Source: a virus. From it: 64,000 nucleotides of DNA. Each line of letters opens with the position of its first letter. The first letter of the stretch is position 1. The translations under genes and the position numbers were made by a program. Location of the stretch: positions 32,001-96,000 of IMG/VR virus record IMGVR_UViG_3300021142_000007; one strand, given 5' to 3'. This document shows positions 49,041 to 59,532 of the stretch, in pieces. The notes beneath the pieces were generated by a model. The model was not told the origin of the DNA and did no database searches. It saw only the letters and a program-made list of their open reading frames with translations.

Positions 49041-49305
49041 ACTTTTGTTTTATGATGCTAAGGTAAGAAACTTATTTCAGACTACCAAGAATTCATGTGG
49101 AATTATTTGCTGGTATTTAATTTTTGTTTTCGAGTATATCATCAACAACCATACTAGAGGCTATCAATACAAATATCATAAGACCATCAAGAAACGTATT
49201 CTCATCCTTACACAGGATAATAAGGCTCATTATTGCTGAAGCTAATTCAAGAAGTATAATTATGAATCTGTATATCTTTGTCATGGTAGGTATTTTTCGG
49301 TGTTC

Positions 49306-49500
49306 TGGGTGACACGATTTGTGCCACCCATACTACCCGTTTGTGATTGTTGTCTTTTTCACCTAAGCCCTAATCAAGTGCTGGAAGCATTCGGCTGTTA
49401 AACACGCATGTCAATAAGGCTAGAGGGGTGTTTAACAGCTTATAGGTGAACATCGTATTATCCGACAAGATAATCTAACCACCAGCATAACCTCTAGTCT
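49306..49500 (-). ncRNA. candidate multi-pseudoknot structured RNA
   Basis: Seven complementary segment pairs, several non-nested; directly 3' of the tRNA-like gene. Confidence 0.6.
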
Positions 49501-49505
49501 TCGTG

Positions 49506-49608
49506 TAGGGGGAACAGGACTTGAACCTGTACGATGTGCGCTCCTTATTTGTACACAACAAGGGCATCAAGAGTTCCCTCCCGCGTCTACCAATTTCGCC
49601 ACCCCCCT
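49506..49608 (-). tRNA. atypical tRNA-Leu-like gene lacking an anticodon loop
   Basis: Acceptor AGGGGGG/TCCCCCT+A; D arm TGGCGAAATTGGTAGACGC; T arm ACAGG-TTCAAGT-CCTGT; GGGAG-GGAA-CTCTT replaces the anticodon arm; about 38-nt extra arm. Confidence 0.75.
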
Positions 49609-49613
49609 ATATC

Positions 49614-49898
49614 TTACTCGCTGTCAATGACCGCGCTTATGTCTTTTACAAATTGCTTAATCAGCTTTTGTATTTGTTCGTTTTGCTTACCGTTTAGCTG
49701 ATGATTCACATCATCGTTCATTGTACGGTTGTTTACTCTTTGCATGACGTTCTTTACGTCAAGTGTTGATAGACTTGTTCTTTCATTCCCTGTCATATAG
49801 CCTCTGAAAGCTACCATCTTTTCAATGAATGCTTTGTTTGGTCTATTTCTTTCGCTGGTTTTAACAGGTGCTTTGGTTTTTTTTGTTTCTACAGACAT
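49614..49898 (-). CDS. hypothetical protein
   Basis: ORF with own promoter; stop 5 nt before the tRNA-like gene. Confidence 0.65.
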   Translation of the reverse strand: MSVETKKTKAPVKTSERNRPNKAFIEKMVAFRGYMTGNERTSLSTLDVKNVMQRVNNRTMNDDVNHQLNGKQNEQIQKLIKQFVKDISAVIDSE

Positions 49899-49958
49899 GA
49901 TATGTATTTTTGATTATGATACAAAGGTAATACTTTTTTTCAGACTTCCAAATATAAC

Positions 49959-50414
49959 TTAATAATTTTTCAAGTTCGCCAAAAGATTTTCCTTTATCTT
50001 TGGATGTAAGTGGGGGTTATTTGTTATATGTTTCTTTAAATCCCTTCTGTCGAATTTCCATGTTTTTGGATTTATCTTGGGCAGTGGTGTGTATAAGAAC
50101 TCATAACTATTTCCGTTCTCCCAAACAACCTTTATATCTATCCATCCATTGAAATCTTCAGGTTTTATGGGGTTGTAATACGTGTAGTAATGATAAGACT
50201 CCTCAACTTTTTTGGTTTTAATGTTGGAATGTTGAGCTTTTCTTCTAGCCCTATGGTATAGTTCAACTATCTTTTCATCGATATTTCTTATTAGTTTGCT
50301 ATATTGGGAATCCAGTATTTGAATTCCATATGAGGTATAGTTGGAACTTATGTTCCTGTCATAGATGTTGTATGATGTGCTAGCTTGGTCAACGTAATAA
50401 TCCTCATTTACCAA
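49959..50414 (-). CDS. hypothetical protein
   Basis: ORF with non-ATG start. Confidence 0.5.
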   Translation of the reverse strand: MVNEDYYVDQASTSYNIYDRNISSNYTSYGIQILDSQYSKLIRNIDEKIVELYHRARRKAQHSNIKTKKVEESYHYYTYYNPIKPEDFNGWIDIKVVWENGNSYEFLYTPLPKINPKTWKFDRRDLKKHITNNPHLHPKIKENLLANLKNY

Positions 50415-50655
50415 TTTAGTTGAATGTTTGTGAATATGTGTTGTGTTCCCTTTAAAATGTCTATCCAGTTGTAATCACAAATACCAAATGCTATTATATA
50501 CAATGTAGTAAACAACATTTCTATGATAAGTCCTGCAATAGCACCAATTCCATCAGTCCATTATTCATCAGAAATAACATTTAGTATTAACCAAAGTAGT
50601 AAAGCACACGGAAAATACATCAAGAAGTCCAGTATGTGTATGTTTGTCATGATTA

Positions 50656-50922
50656 TTAGTCTTTTATTAGTATTCGTAAAGCATTTTCCCATTGGTCAAA
50701 GAATCCTGTTGGCCATCGGTTGCACTTACCATTTTCATTAATAACAACCTTTATCTCTTCTTCTTGATTTTTAAATAAACAATAGTATCCACCTATCTTT
50801 TTTTCTTTTGCTTGGATTCTGATGTCATTGAATTGGTGTTCGTTAACAAACCCAAGGCTATTGCCATCTGGGTCAAATAACTCCCATTGATTACCTTTTA
50901 TGTCTTTTACTTGTAATATCAT
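50656..50922 (-). CDS. small protein with DUF3696-like C-terminus
   Basis: VVINENGKCNRWPTGFFDQ. Confidence 0.45.
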   Translation of the reverse strand: MILQVKDIKGNQWELFDPDGNSLGFVNEHQFNDIRIQAKEKKIGGYYCLFKNQEEEIKVVINENGKCNRWPTGFFDQWENALRILIKD

Positions 50923-50923
50923 T

Positions 50924-52847
50924 TTATTTTTGTTTTGTTATTTCAATTAATTTTTTCAGGCAAGCTAGTTCGGCTTCTTCATATGATAAAAACCCAACTT
51001 CAAGGGTTACTTGTGATTCAGTAGTAATATTATCTATTGAAAAAGTCCATGCATGAGCTTTATACGGTGAATTTACAGTTCCGTTAAAACTATGTTTCTC
51101 TCTAAACCATTTGAAAGCTTGAGAATATAGTGGAGCTGATATAAACTCTTGAGTTTCGTGACTTCTAAAGGTATGTGTAAAGAAAAACATTTCTTTAGTT
51201 TCTAACTCACCATTTAAGTAAGTAGTTAAACACTCTTCATTAAAGCCTAAGTCTCTTAAAGCTTTCGATTCTTCGTATGGTACAAATAGTTCTGTCATAT
51301 TCCTAGTTTTTTTAGTATTTCTTTTTCCAAATTTGGTATGTCTGTATAGAAATCTTTATCTACTTCTTTATCAACATAATCAAGTATTTCAGGTAGAGCT
51401 TCTTTTATACCTTGTTTGATAGCATTTTCCATATTACCATAAGTGTATTCTAAAGAACTACCGTTAGAATCAGTTTTCCAATCATTGCCTTCAATTATTT
51501 TATCTATATCTAAAGGCTTCAAGTCTACATTATTAATAGGCATAATTACTGATTTTTTTAAGTATTGTGATAAGATAAATCGCCCCAGACCTGTTGGTTC
51601 AAGAGGATAGTGCTGATAAAAGCCACCCTCCAAAAGACCCAAATCATAACACATCTCCCTTTCTATTTCTTGTTTATCAGTAAGGTTGAAGTACTCATCG
51701 TTAAGTTCATAACCCCTATGATAATCCAAAAGGACCTTTAAGTGTTCATCGTCAATCTCTATTTCAGATATGAATTTCATACTGGTTTTATGCGTGAGGA
51801 TTAAAGGTGTTACCAAGTCTATAAAAATACTTATACAGCGTCATTTCAAAGCTTTGACTAAAGATGCTGAGCATCTTTATTTCTTCTATCAACTCGTTGT
51901 ATTCTATATACGTATCGACATCCTTCCAGTTTTTAGTGGTTATATTTAACTCCTCTAACCTAGATTGAGTTAATGAATACTTGTAGAGTATTTCGGCCTT
52001 TAGGGTTTCTGAAACAACAACTAAATTCTTGAGGAAATTCAGCAATTCTTTTCGAATTTGAACTCTGAGTTCTTTCTTTATTTCATCTTGTGTTTTTACT
52101 GACATTATATGTATTTTATATCTGGTTATTAGATATGCTTTTGAATCTGTCATTAATTTCCTTTAATAAGGGGAATAAAAGCTGATTAACCTGTAATACA
52201 AGTATATTTTCCTCACCAAAGCATTCCACAACTGCTTTTCTAATCAGTGAATTTTCATCATATGAATCATTACTAAGTTCATCTATCAAATCTGATAGCT
52301 CTTTATTGCTTAGGCTTTCCATATAATTTATGACCTTATTATGTATATTCTCTGCTTGTGTTTTTACTGACATAAATTTAGTTTTTGTTTGTGTTGATGC
52401 AAAGGTAAGTAATTATTTTGAAATAACCAAATCACATGTGTTAAATAACTACCCTAGTATTTGTTTTAGTGACTTATAAACGCCATCCAATTGTGTCTTG
52501 TTCTCATATGGAGACATGAAGGGGCCTATCGGCTCTTTCACCGTAAACAAAACCTTCGTGAAGTAATTGGTTGAAAAGAACCTTGAATTACATTGTTCTA
52601 GGATTTCTTCACATGTCGGTTCAGATGTCAGCAGACCGCAAAGCCAATGGTCTTTTTGCTTTCTCAACAACACATACGGATGTTGAAATATCGGGTGCAT
52701 AAGCACATCTCCAGCCTTATATTCATTTGGAAGAACCTTATTGGATGTGTTAGGCAGAGCTGTTACCCAAGCAATTATCCTATCCCTGTCAGCTTGTGGA
52801 AGATGACCCAGCAGCTTTATCTTCTCTATTAGTTGTACTTTGTCCAT
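50924..52847 (-). CDS. hypothetical genes (50924-51298, 51295-51780, 51788-52105, 52116-52373, 52449-52847)
   Basis: ORF track; first has SAPLYSQAFKWFREK...YEEAELACL motif. Confidence 0.65.
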
Positions 52848-52897
52848 GTTGTAATTATTTACCGCAAAGGTAGGAATTATTTTTGAAACCACCAAAT

Positions 52898-53368
52898 TTA
52901 TTTGAACCAAAATGGTGTTTCTCGATTTTTCCATGTTGCAAAGCTACGCTTATCAACCATGTAGTATTGTCTGTAAGACTCAACTGCATTGCCTATCTTA
53001 CATTCATCTGGCATCGCCAATGCAAAACAGGTAATGCTTTGATTGATACGTATGCTAGGCTTATGTTCAATAGCCCATTCTATTACATCCTGTGACTTAT
53101 GACGCTTGCCATATCTGTATGTATATTCTTGACACAACTCAATACCCAGCTGACACAACCAATCGTAGTTCTCTACGCACTCCCTAGCCCATATACAGCA
53201 AGGATGATTCTTATGCGATAGCTTATAAGGTATGTCTAGCTGGCTTTGTGTTATATGATGAACACCACATAAAATTTGTGCTGCCTCCAACAATTGTTTT
53301 ATACAATGTTTGTCTGAATGATATTCAGCACATTTTTTCGGAGACAAATCTAAAACAAATATATTCAT
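52898..53368 (-). CDS. pyrimidine dimer DNA glycosylase / endonuclease V-like protein
   Basis: MNIFVLD...DKHCIKQLLEAAQIL...HKNHPC...EYTYRYGKRH. Confidence 0.8.
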   Translation of the reverse strand: MNIFVLDLSPKKCAEYHSDKHCIKQLLEAAQILCGVHHITQSQLDIPYKLSHKNHPCCIWARECVENYDWLCQLGIELCQEYTYRYGKRHKSQDVIEWAIEHKPSIRINQSITCFALAMPDECKIGNAVESYRQYYMVDKRSFATWKNRETPFWFK

Positions 53369-53981
53369 ACTAAAAAAATGGTTTTATCTTCGATTATACG
53401 ATGCTTTAACTTATTTGGAAGGTGTGTATCGATTTCGGTACGAAACGTCAACATGATGCGTAATACGTCCAAATCACCGTATTCTATCTTCTTTAGGTTA
53501 CGGTCAAATTCGACACGGTTTCCATTATCGGTTAGTGATAGTATCTTTTCTCCTTTGGCATGTTCGTGCCAAATAGCTGAATTAGAACGCTTAGCGGTTA
53601 TTCTTTCACCGTCATCAACTTGCTCCACTTCAATAGTGTATTCGTGTTCAGATGAATCGTTGAATACCAGATATGTTTTTTTGTCTTCCATGATTATGTC
53701 CAAAGGGTATATCTTATGTTAATTAATTTGATAAGTTGCTGGTTATCTTCAGTATACTGTTTATCGCTATAGTCTTGGATATCCTTGCGCTTCATCCACC
53801 AGTCATAGAGTTCCTTTGCCATCAAACCTTCTTTGGTATTGGCATAAGCTGGGCTATGTTCGAAAAGGCCTTCTTTTTCTACACAGTCTTTAAGATGCTG
53901 GAACGAGCTATGTAGTATTAGTACATCAGCATCAACCCAACTTCTTTTATTTGGAAGCGATTCGATTTCTATCTTTCTCAT
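53365..53981 (-). CDS. two hypothetical genes (53365-53691, 53694-53981)
   Basis: ORF track. Confidence 0.65.
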
Positions 53982-54050
53982 ATCTTATAATTGAAAAACA
54001 AAGGTATAAAATAAAAATGAGACATCCAAATTGGTGTCTCATTTATTTTG

Positions 54051-55076
54051 TTAAAAAGCGTATGACTTATGGCTATTTGACATCGGCAGTAGCTTAACCG
54101 TATATGTCTTAACGATTTCGTTTTCATCATAGTCAACGTATTGAGAGACGAAGCTTATTTCATCTTTCGTGAACTTAGTAAGCTGGTCAACACGAAAACC
54201 ACCAATGTGCTGCCAAGAGTTCTTTATCTTTCTTTCGCTAGTAAAGAACTTAGTATACTTCTCGACACCATTTTCACTTACAATCATCTCATACTTGTAG
54301 TGTTCGAACTTGTAGTTATAGTTCTCCTTGAACTCTGAGAATGGCTTATTGAAAATATTTATATCAGTTATTATCGATATAAGCAAGTCTATGTTCAAGT
54401 TTATAAGCGAAACATTATCTTCAAGGTCTTCCTTGAATTCTTTGTTTACTAACAAGTCTTCAAGTATGGTCTCGAACAGTTCTTCAGGCAACTCTTCGTA
54501 TTCTCTTAAGAACTTTATCCTAGATGGACGGTTAATAAGGAATTCATTCACACGTTCATTGGTTGTCAATAAGAAAAGAATACGATGACTATTTGTCATA
54601 ACCCCATCCATAAAAGATAAGAAAGACTCTTGCGAATGGAAGTTCTTTTCTTCAGATGAAGACGTATTGGCAAATAGCTTCTCAAATTCATCCACATATA
54701 AGCAATAGTCTTGCTTTATATCGTTTAGGAATTCAATGAAATCAACACCGCTGGGTATCGACTTGTTTATTATGATGGTGGGAAGATTAATCTCCCTACA
54801 AAGTAGCTTGGCCTTAAGGCTCTTACCTTGTCCTTTGGTACCAGTCAATAGAACACCCAAGTTCTTTTTGGTATTTTCGAATGATATCTTGACCAGACTG
54901 CTTAGCCCACCATCAAATTCATAGATTTTATCTGGGAACTTGAAGTCTTCGATGTCTTCGAGATAACAGTTGCCGTTTCCGTCAAAGTTAAATAGATAGT
55001 TCTTAGGTTCTAGCTTGTCAACTATCGTCAGTTGATTGAAAAAGTGATACTTACCGTTGTTTTTTAAAATGTTCAT
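54051..55076 (-). CDS. AAA+ ATPase
   Basis: Walker A GTKGQGKS, Walker B YVDEFEK, LTTN, NRPSRI. Confidence 0.9.
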   Translation of the reverse strand: MNILKNNGKYHFFNQLTIVDKLEPKNYLFNFDGNGNCYLEDIEDFKFPDKIYEFDGGLSSLVKISFENTKKNLGVLLTGTKGQGKSLKAKLLCREINLPTIIINKSIPSGVDFIEFLNDIKQDYCLYVDEFEKLFANTSSSEEKNFHSQESFLSFMDGVMTNSHRILFLLTTNERVNEFLINRPSRIKFLREYEELPEELFETILEDLLVNKEFKEDLEDNVSLINLNIDLLISIITDINIFNKPFSEFKENYNYKFEHYKYEMIVSENGVEKYTKFFTSERKIKNSWQHIGGFRVDQLTKFTKDEISFVSQYVDYDENEIVKTYTVKLLPMSNSHKSYAF

Positions 55077-55081
55077 CGCGT

Positions 55082-55387
55082 TTAGTTAAGGCAGAATATA
55101 GCACTGCCAGACTTTAGTGTTCTTTTTTCGAACACCTTAGTTTCATGCGCTTCGATTGCGCATAGAAGGGTTTTTATGTTTTTTTCGAGATACTCAAGTT
55201 GTTCTTCAATCTCAAGTATCTTATTCAAACGAAGTTCAAGGTGATTTGAATCACCTCTGAGTTCTTCAAGACAAGTCTCGAATTCCTCTTTGGCTTCAGA
55301 CAATTCACCCATTAACGATATGGTATCCGCAAGACTGAAGTGTTTGTAAACGAGGTCCAGTTCGAGCAGTGTTTTGTTTGTATCCAT
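55082..55387 (-). CDS. coiled-coil hypothetical protein
   Basis: ORF with own promoter. Confidence 0.6.
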   Translation of the reverse strand: MDTNKTLLELDLVYKHFSLADTISLMGELSEAKEEFETCLEELRGDSNHLELRLNKILEIEEQLEYLEKNIKTLLCAIEAHETKVFEKRTLKSGSAIFCLN

Positions 55388-55538
55388 GACTTTATTATTT
55401 TGTTAGTGCAAAGGTATGAAATACTTTTGACACTTGCAAGTTTTTTAAAAGAAAAAAAATAGGTGGTCTCCACCACCCATCCGACCTATAAAAATCAGGT
55501 CTGCTTAACAAAAATCCGTCAATGCGGAGATAATATAA

Positions 55539-56165
55539 CTATTGTGTTTGTGTTGTTTCTTCCTTTGTATCTAGGTGCTTGGCAACCCAACCTTTGTTGT
55601 TTGAACCAAACGATACCATGCATGTTATGGTTATTGTGAATAATGCAATAACCGCTATGAAATAAACCAAGCTACGCTTAACAGCAGACCTTGATATTTC
55701 GTATTGCTGGTTTTCGCTAAGCTTATTGATGTCTTCTGAAAAAGGGTCGCCACGTTCTATTGTCCACATGTAGAAGTTTGGTCCCCATATCAATAATAGG
55801 AAGCTGGTGATGAACGAAGCTATATTGATTCCAATCAACCAATTTATGGCTTCTTCGCTCAAGAATAGGTTCAAGGCAGCTAAGCCAATCCAACCATGAG
55901 CGGCATCATATACGAAGTAGCCGCAAAGAAGCATAATGACTATATGGAATGGATTTCTGAACTTATTTTGATGCAATAGAGCAACAACGCAGTATATCGG
56001 ACCAATGAAGGCTGCGATGAATATCCCTGCTACTAGAAGGAAGAAAGATTCAACAAATTCTATTTGCGCTAGTGTTCCGTAGTCCCATTCTTCAACTCTG
56101 AAGGTTGTACCATCGCTATTGGTTCCTTTGAAAATGTTTTTCGGGAAGATATCTAATCCAGCCAT
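55539..56165 (-). CDS. multi-pass membrane protein
   Basis: About four hydrophobic segments. Confidence 0.7.
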   Translation of the reverse strand: MAGLDIFPKNIFKGTNSDGTTFRVEEWDYGTLAQIEFVESFFLLVAGIFIAAFIGPIYCVVALLHQNKFRNPFHIVIMLLCGYFVYDAAHGWIGLAALNLFLSEEAINWLIGINIASFITSFLLLIWGPNFYMWTIERGDPFSEDINKLSENQQYEISRSAVKRSLVYFIAVIALFTITITCMVSFGSNNKGWVAKHLDTKEETTQTQ

Positions 56166-56241
56166 TTTATATTTTTTTATTAGTTAATAAGACAAAGGTA
56201 CGAGAAATAATTTAAAAAACCAAATTATTTTTGATTTATTT

Positions 56242-57124
56242 TTAGACTTCCTCGAAACCCATATCTAATAAGCCTTTCTGGATAGGTGTGTATTTCTTAT
56301 CGGTATTCCCATCAACATAAGCTTCCGCATCGTTTATAAGCTTTAATATGGCTTCGTTAAGGGTTACATCCGTAACATCATTTACTACTTGGTAGTAATT
56401 GTTATGGCCAGAATTGTTTATACTTACCTTATGATATCTAGCACCATCAAGTGCTCTCTCTACCTTTACATTTAACTCGACAAGTATTATGAATTCGAAA
56501 TTTTTGTAATTATGTGTTTTTCTAAGTTGCATTTTATTTTTTCTTTAGTAGATTTCTAAGTTTATTTTTTACAATTTGAATGGTCGCCCTTATCTCTCTG
56601 TATTCTTCATCGGTGTATATATGGTCATCGGTCAATAGGTCATTGACCATCCTTGTATTGAGTCTCGTGTAAACATTCTTTAAATCGTTTACCATCAATG
56701 CTGTTAATTGAGTATTGTTCGGCTTGCCACCATTTAACATGATGTCCTGTTCAATCTTATCCTTACCATACCTTCTTGGAAGACTGGATTCGATTTTGTT
56801 ACGTTTCTTGGGTTCTTTGACCTCTTCAACTTCTGGTTCTTCGTTATTGAGCATGACAGGATGTAGGTCTTTGCCTTCCAGCTTTGCGAAGTATAGATAC
56901 TTGTTTACTATGCTTATCTTTGTAAGAATGATATTATCGAACAAGTCTTTGATAAATGTCTTGGTTTCTTCACTTAATTTGTTTTCCTTTGACAGGGTTT
57001 TAACCAAGTTAAATGACATGGATATATCATCGGAGAATATCTCGTATAGGTCTGGGTCCTTTTCAATAACGGCTAACGCAAGTGTTTCGATGTATTCAAC
57101 ATCAGCAATCTTTTCTATTGTCAT
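56242..57124 (-). CDS. two hypothetical genes (56242-56532, 56534-57124)
   Basis: ORF track. Confidence 0.6.
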
Positions 57125-57266
57125 AAAGCAATTTATTTGCAAATATACTAAATAAGATTTAAAAATGCAAGTGGTTTTTTTTAGAAAAAACTTTGAGAAT
57201 TCAGATATTTTGCATACCTTTGTAGATGAATGAAAATAAAAGCGTATAGAAATATGGACGTAGACC

Positions 57267-57632
57267 TTACTTAAAGGCTATCGGGTTATCAACAACCTTA
57301 CCCATGGCATCAGCTTGCTGTACGGTCAAGTGTCTTACCTTGCCATCAGCATCTGGCTTGCCAGATACAGCTTTGCCTATTGCAGACCTGTCGGTTGCGC
57401 TATCTGCGTCACCAACACCAGCAGCACCCATAACCTGAGATAGCTTCAAAAGCTTTCCTGGGCCTTGCGTGGCGTTCTTAATCTTCTTTGTAAGAGTCTG
57501 AACCTTACCTTTTTTATCCTTATTAAGGTCTTCATAGTGTCCAGAATCAGTTTCTTTCTCCTTAGATTCTTTAGCCGCTTCAGCAACTCCCAACGCTTCC
57601 CTCAATAGTGTTTTTATATGATTCTTATCCAT
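57267..57632 (-). CDS. putative virion protein (IKTLLRE N-terminus)
   Basis: ATATTTAT upstream; ATG 57632. Confidence 0.6.
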   Translation of the reverse strand: MDKNHIKTLLREALGVAEAAKESKEKETDSGHYEDLNKDKKGKVQTLTKKIKNATQGPGKLLKLSQVMGAAGVGDADSATDRSAIGKAVSGKPDADGKVRHLTVQQADAMGKVVDNPIAFK

Positions 57633-57679
57633 GTTAATTCTTTTATAATAAATATCGAAGGCTAGATAAAAACACAAAA

Positions 57680-57712
57680 AACCTCGGTGTACACAAATGT
57701 GTACACGAGGTT
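57680..57712. terminator. hairpin after the sigma gene containing the TGTACAC-AAAT-GTGTACA palindrome
   Basis: AACCTCG-GTGTACAC-AAAT-GTGTACAC-GAGGTT with flanking A/T runs. Confidence 0.65.
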
Positions 57713-57722
57713 GTATTTTTTT

Positions 57723-58577
57723 TCATGAAAGGATTTCAGTGTCTTCAAGTCTTAGTCTTAGCCTTTCTAGCGATTTTTGACGTATCTGTCTAACCATTTC
57801 ACGACTAATATTGAATTGCTGCCCAACATCAGCTAGCGTTCTTTCTTGCGAACCGTCAAGACCAAACAATGCTATCATTATTTCTTTGTCTCTTGGCTTT
57901 AGAGTGTTTAAGAGCTTATGAATTTCGCTCTTCAAGTCTTCGGTCATAAGACTCATATCGGTTGGTCCGAAGGAGTCATCAACCAGAACTTCACCAAGTG
58001 TTGTTCCGTCACCCTCGTCTCCACTTATATCTCGGTCAAGAGAATCCATACGATAAGAGTTTAGTAACTCTGTGAAGTCGTATTCATCGGTTCCGTTACC
58101 GAATAGTTCGTGAGCATAAGCTTCTCTACCAAGCGTTTGTTCCAGTTCTTGAATGCGCTTATCCATCTTGGATAGGTCATTTACCTTATTGGCTGGAATA
58201 CGAACCATACGGCCATTTTTTGTTAGGTGTTCCATGATTACCTTACGAATCCACCAAACAGCGTAAGAAATGAATTTAAAGCCCATTTCTGGCTTGAACT
58301 TATCCGCTGCTATGATAAGACCTATGTTGCCTTCATTTACGAGGTCTTCGAGCGGATTTTGACTATTTGAATACTGCTTTGCAACACTGATTACAAAACG
58401 CAGGTTTCTGCGTATAAGTTCTTGTTTTGCATCTTCATCACCATTGCTGGATTTCTCGGTAAGCTTAGCTTCCTCTTCGCAGGTCAGCACCGCAATAGAA
58501 GCAACCTCTTTAAGGTAAGAATTAAAAGATTCGTTTTGTCTGTTGGTTACCTTAGCGGTAATAACTAATTGCTTCAT
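57723..58577 (-). CDS. rpoD: RNA polymerase sigma70, Bacteroidota primary-sigma type
   Basis: NLRFVISVAKQY, DLVNEGNIGL, FISYAVWWIR, VRIP, region 4 SREMVRQI; lacks region 1.1. Confidence 0.9.
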   Translation of the reverse strand: MKQLVITAKVTNRQNESFNSYLKEVASIAVLTCEEEAKLTEKSSNGDEDAKQELIRRNLRFVISVAKQYSNSQNPLEDLVNEGNIGLIIAADKFKPEMGFKFISYAVWWIRKVIMEHLTKNGRMVRIPANKVNDLSKMDKRIQELEQTLGREAYAHELFGNGTDEYDFTELLNSYRMDSLDRDISGDEGDGTTLGEVLVDDSFGPTDMSLMTEDLKSEIHKLLNTLKPRDKEIMIALFGLDGSQERTLADVGQQFNISREMVRQIRQKSLERLRLRLEDTEILS

Positions 58578-58643
58578 GCTTTCGTTGTTGTTTATGTATT
58601 AAAAAATAAAGGTAATAAGTATATTTGAAATTCAAAGGATTCT

Positions 58644-59078
58644 TTATGAATTTTTCATTTCTCTTTCTAGGTCCTTAGCTTTAAGGCTCTGTCTTTTGTC
58701 ATAGGTCTTTTTTCCTTTGGCCAATCCAATCTCCAGCTTTATATAGCCAGTCTTGGTCAAGATAATTTCAAGAGGTACGATTGTCAAGCCTTTTTGTTTA
58801 ACCTTATCGGCTAGGCTAGTGATTTCTTTCTTCTTTAAAAGAAGCTTTCGGTCCCTTAGTGGTTCATGGTTGTTGTTGCGACCACCTTGTTCATGTTCAG
58901 AAACATGCATGTTTTTGATATATATTTCTCCATTTTCGATAAGACAATAGGCTTCGCTTATGTTAACCTTTCCAGTCCTTATTGACTTAACTTCTGAACC
59001 CTTGAGTTCAATACCAGCTATAAGCTTTTCTAGGATGGAATACTCAAAAAAAGCTTTCTTATTTTTTACTATTAACAT
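58644..59078 (-). CDS. smpB: SsrA-binding protein SmpB
   Basis: NKKAFFEY, AGIELKGSEVKSIR, RDRKLLL, AKGKKTYDKR. Confidence 0.95.
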   Translation of the reverse strand: MLIVKNKKAFFEYSILEKLIAGIELKGSEVKSIRTGKVNISEAYCLIENGEIYIKNMHVSEHEQGGRNNNHEPLRDRKLLLKKKEITSLADKVKQKGLTIVPLEIILTKTGYIKLEIGLAKGKKTYDKRQSLKAKDLEREMKNS

Positions 59079-59532
59079 TTTTACTAATTATTTTGGTTGA
59101 GATGAAAATTAAATCCAGAGTTTTTACTTTGACTATTACGTCTTTTCTATTTTTTCTTTGGTATAATTCATATGGGTCTTTACTTGACCCGACACTTTTG
59201 CCCTTACATCTTTGTTCTATGAATTCTTGTAGACTTAATTTATCTACCATTATCCAGTAGTCTTCAGTTTCAAATGCAAAATAGTCAGCTTTACCGTAAA
59301 GCCAGGATAACTTACCTAGAACATTTTTCAATTCAACCCAATGAAAATTTTCATTATATGTGAGGTCACCCCTAGATTCTTTTTTTAAAGACTTAACATC
59401 AATTTTTGTTTCAATCTTTAAATCCCAGTGTTCATATATATCTTCCTCTTTTTTAGGTAACGAAACATCTTCAAATAAATTTGCGAAGTCTTTTTCTTTT
59501 AGTTTACCTATTATAAATTCTTTATTGTTCAT
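59059..59532 (-). CDS. PD-(D/E)XK nuclease-like protein
   Basis: HWD...IDVK...WVELKN...WLYGKADY. Confidence 0.6.
   Translation of the reverse strand: MNNKEFIIGKLKEKDFANLFEDVSLPKKEEDIYEHWDLKIETKIDVKSLKKESRGDLTYNENFHWVELKNVLGKLSWLYGKADYFAFETEDYWIMVDKLSLQEFIEQRCKGKSVGSSKDPYELYQRKNRKDVIVKVKTLDLIFISTKIISKNVNSKK

Noticed and set aside
49306-49608. tmRNA (standard or permuted), given the nearby smpB
   Set aside because: No G3:U70 alanine identity pair, a full D arm is present, the pseudoknots lie outside the tRNA-like domain, and no tag frame was recognised
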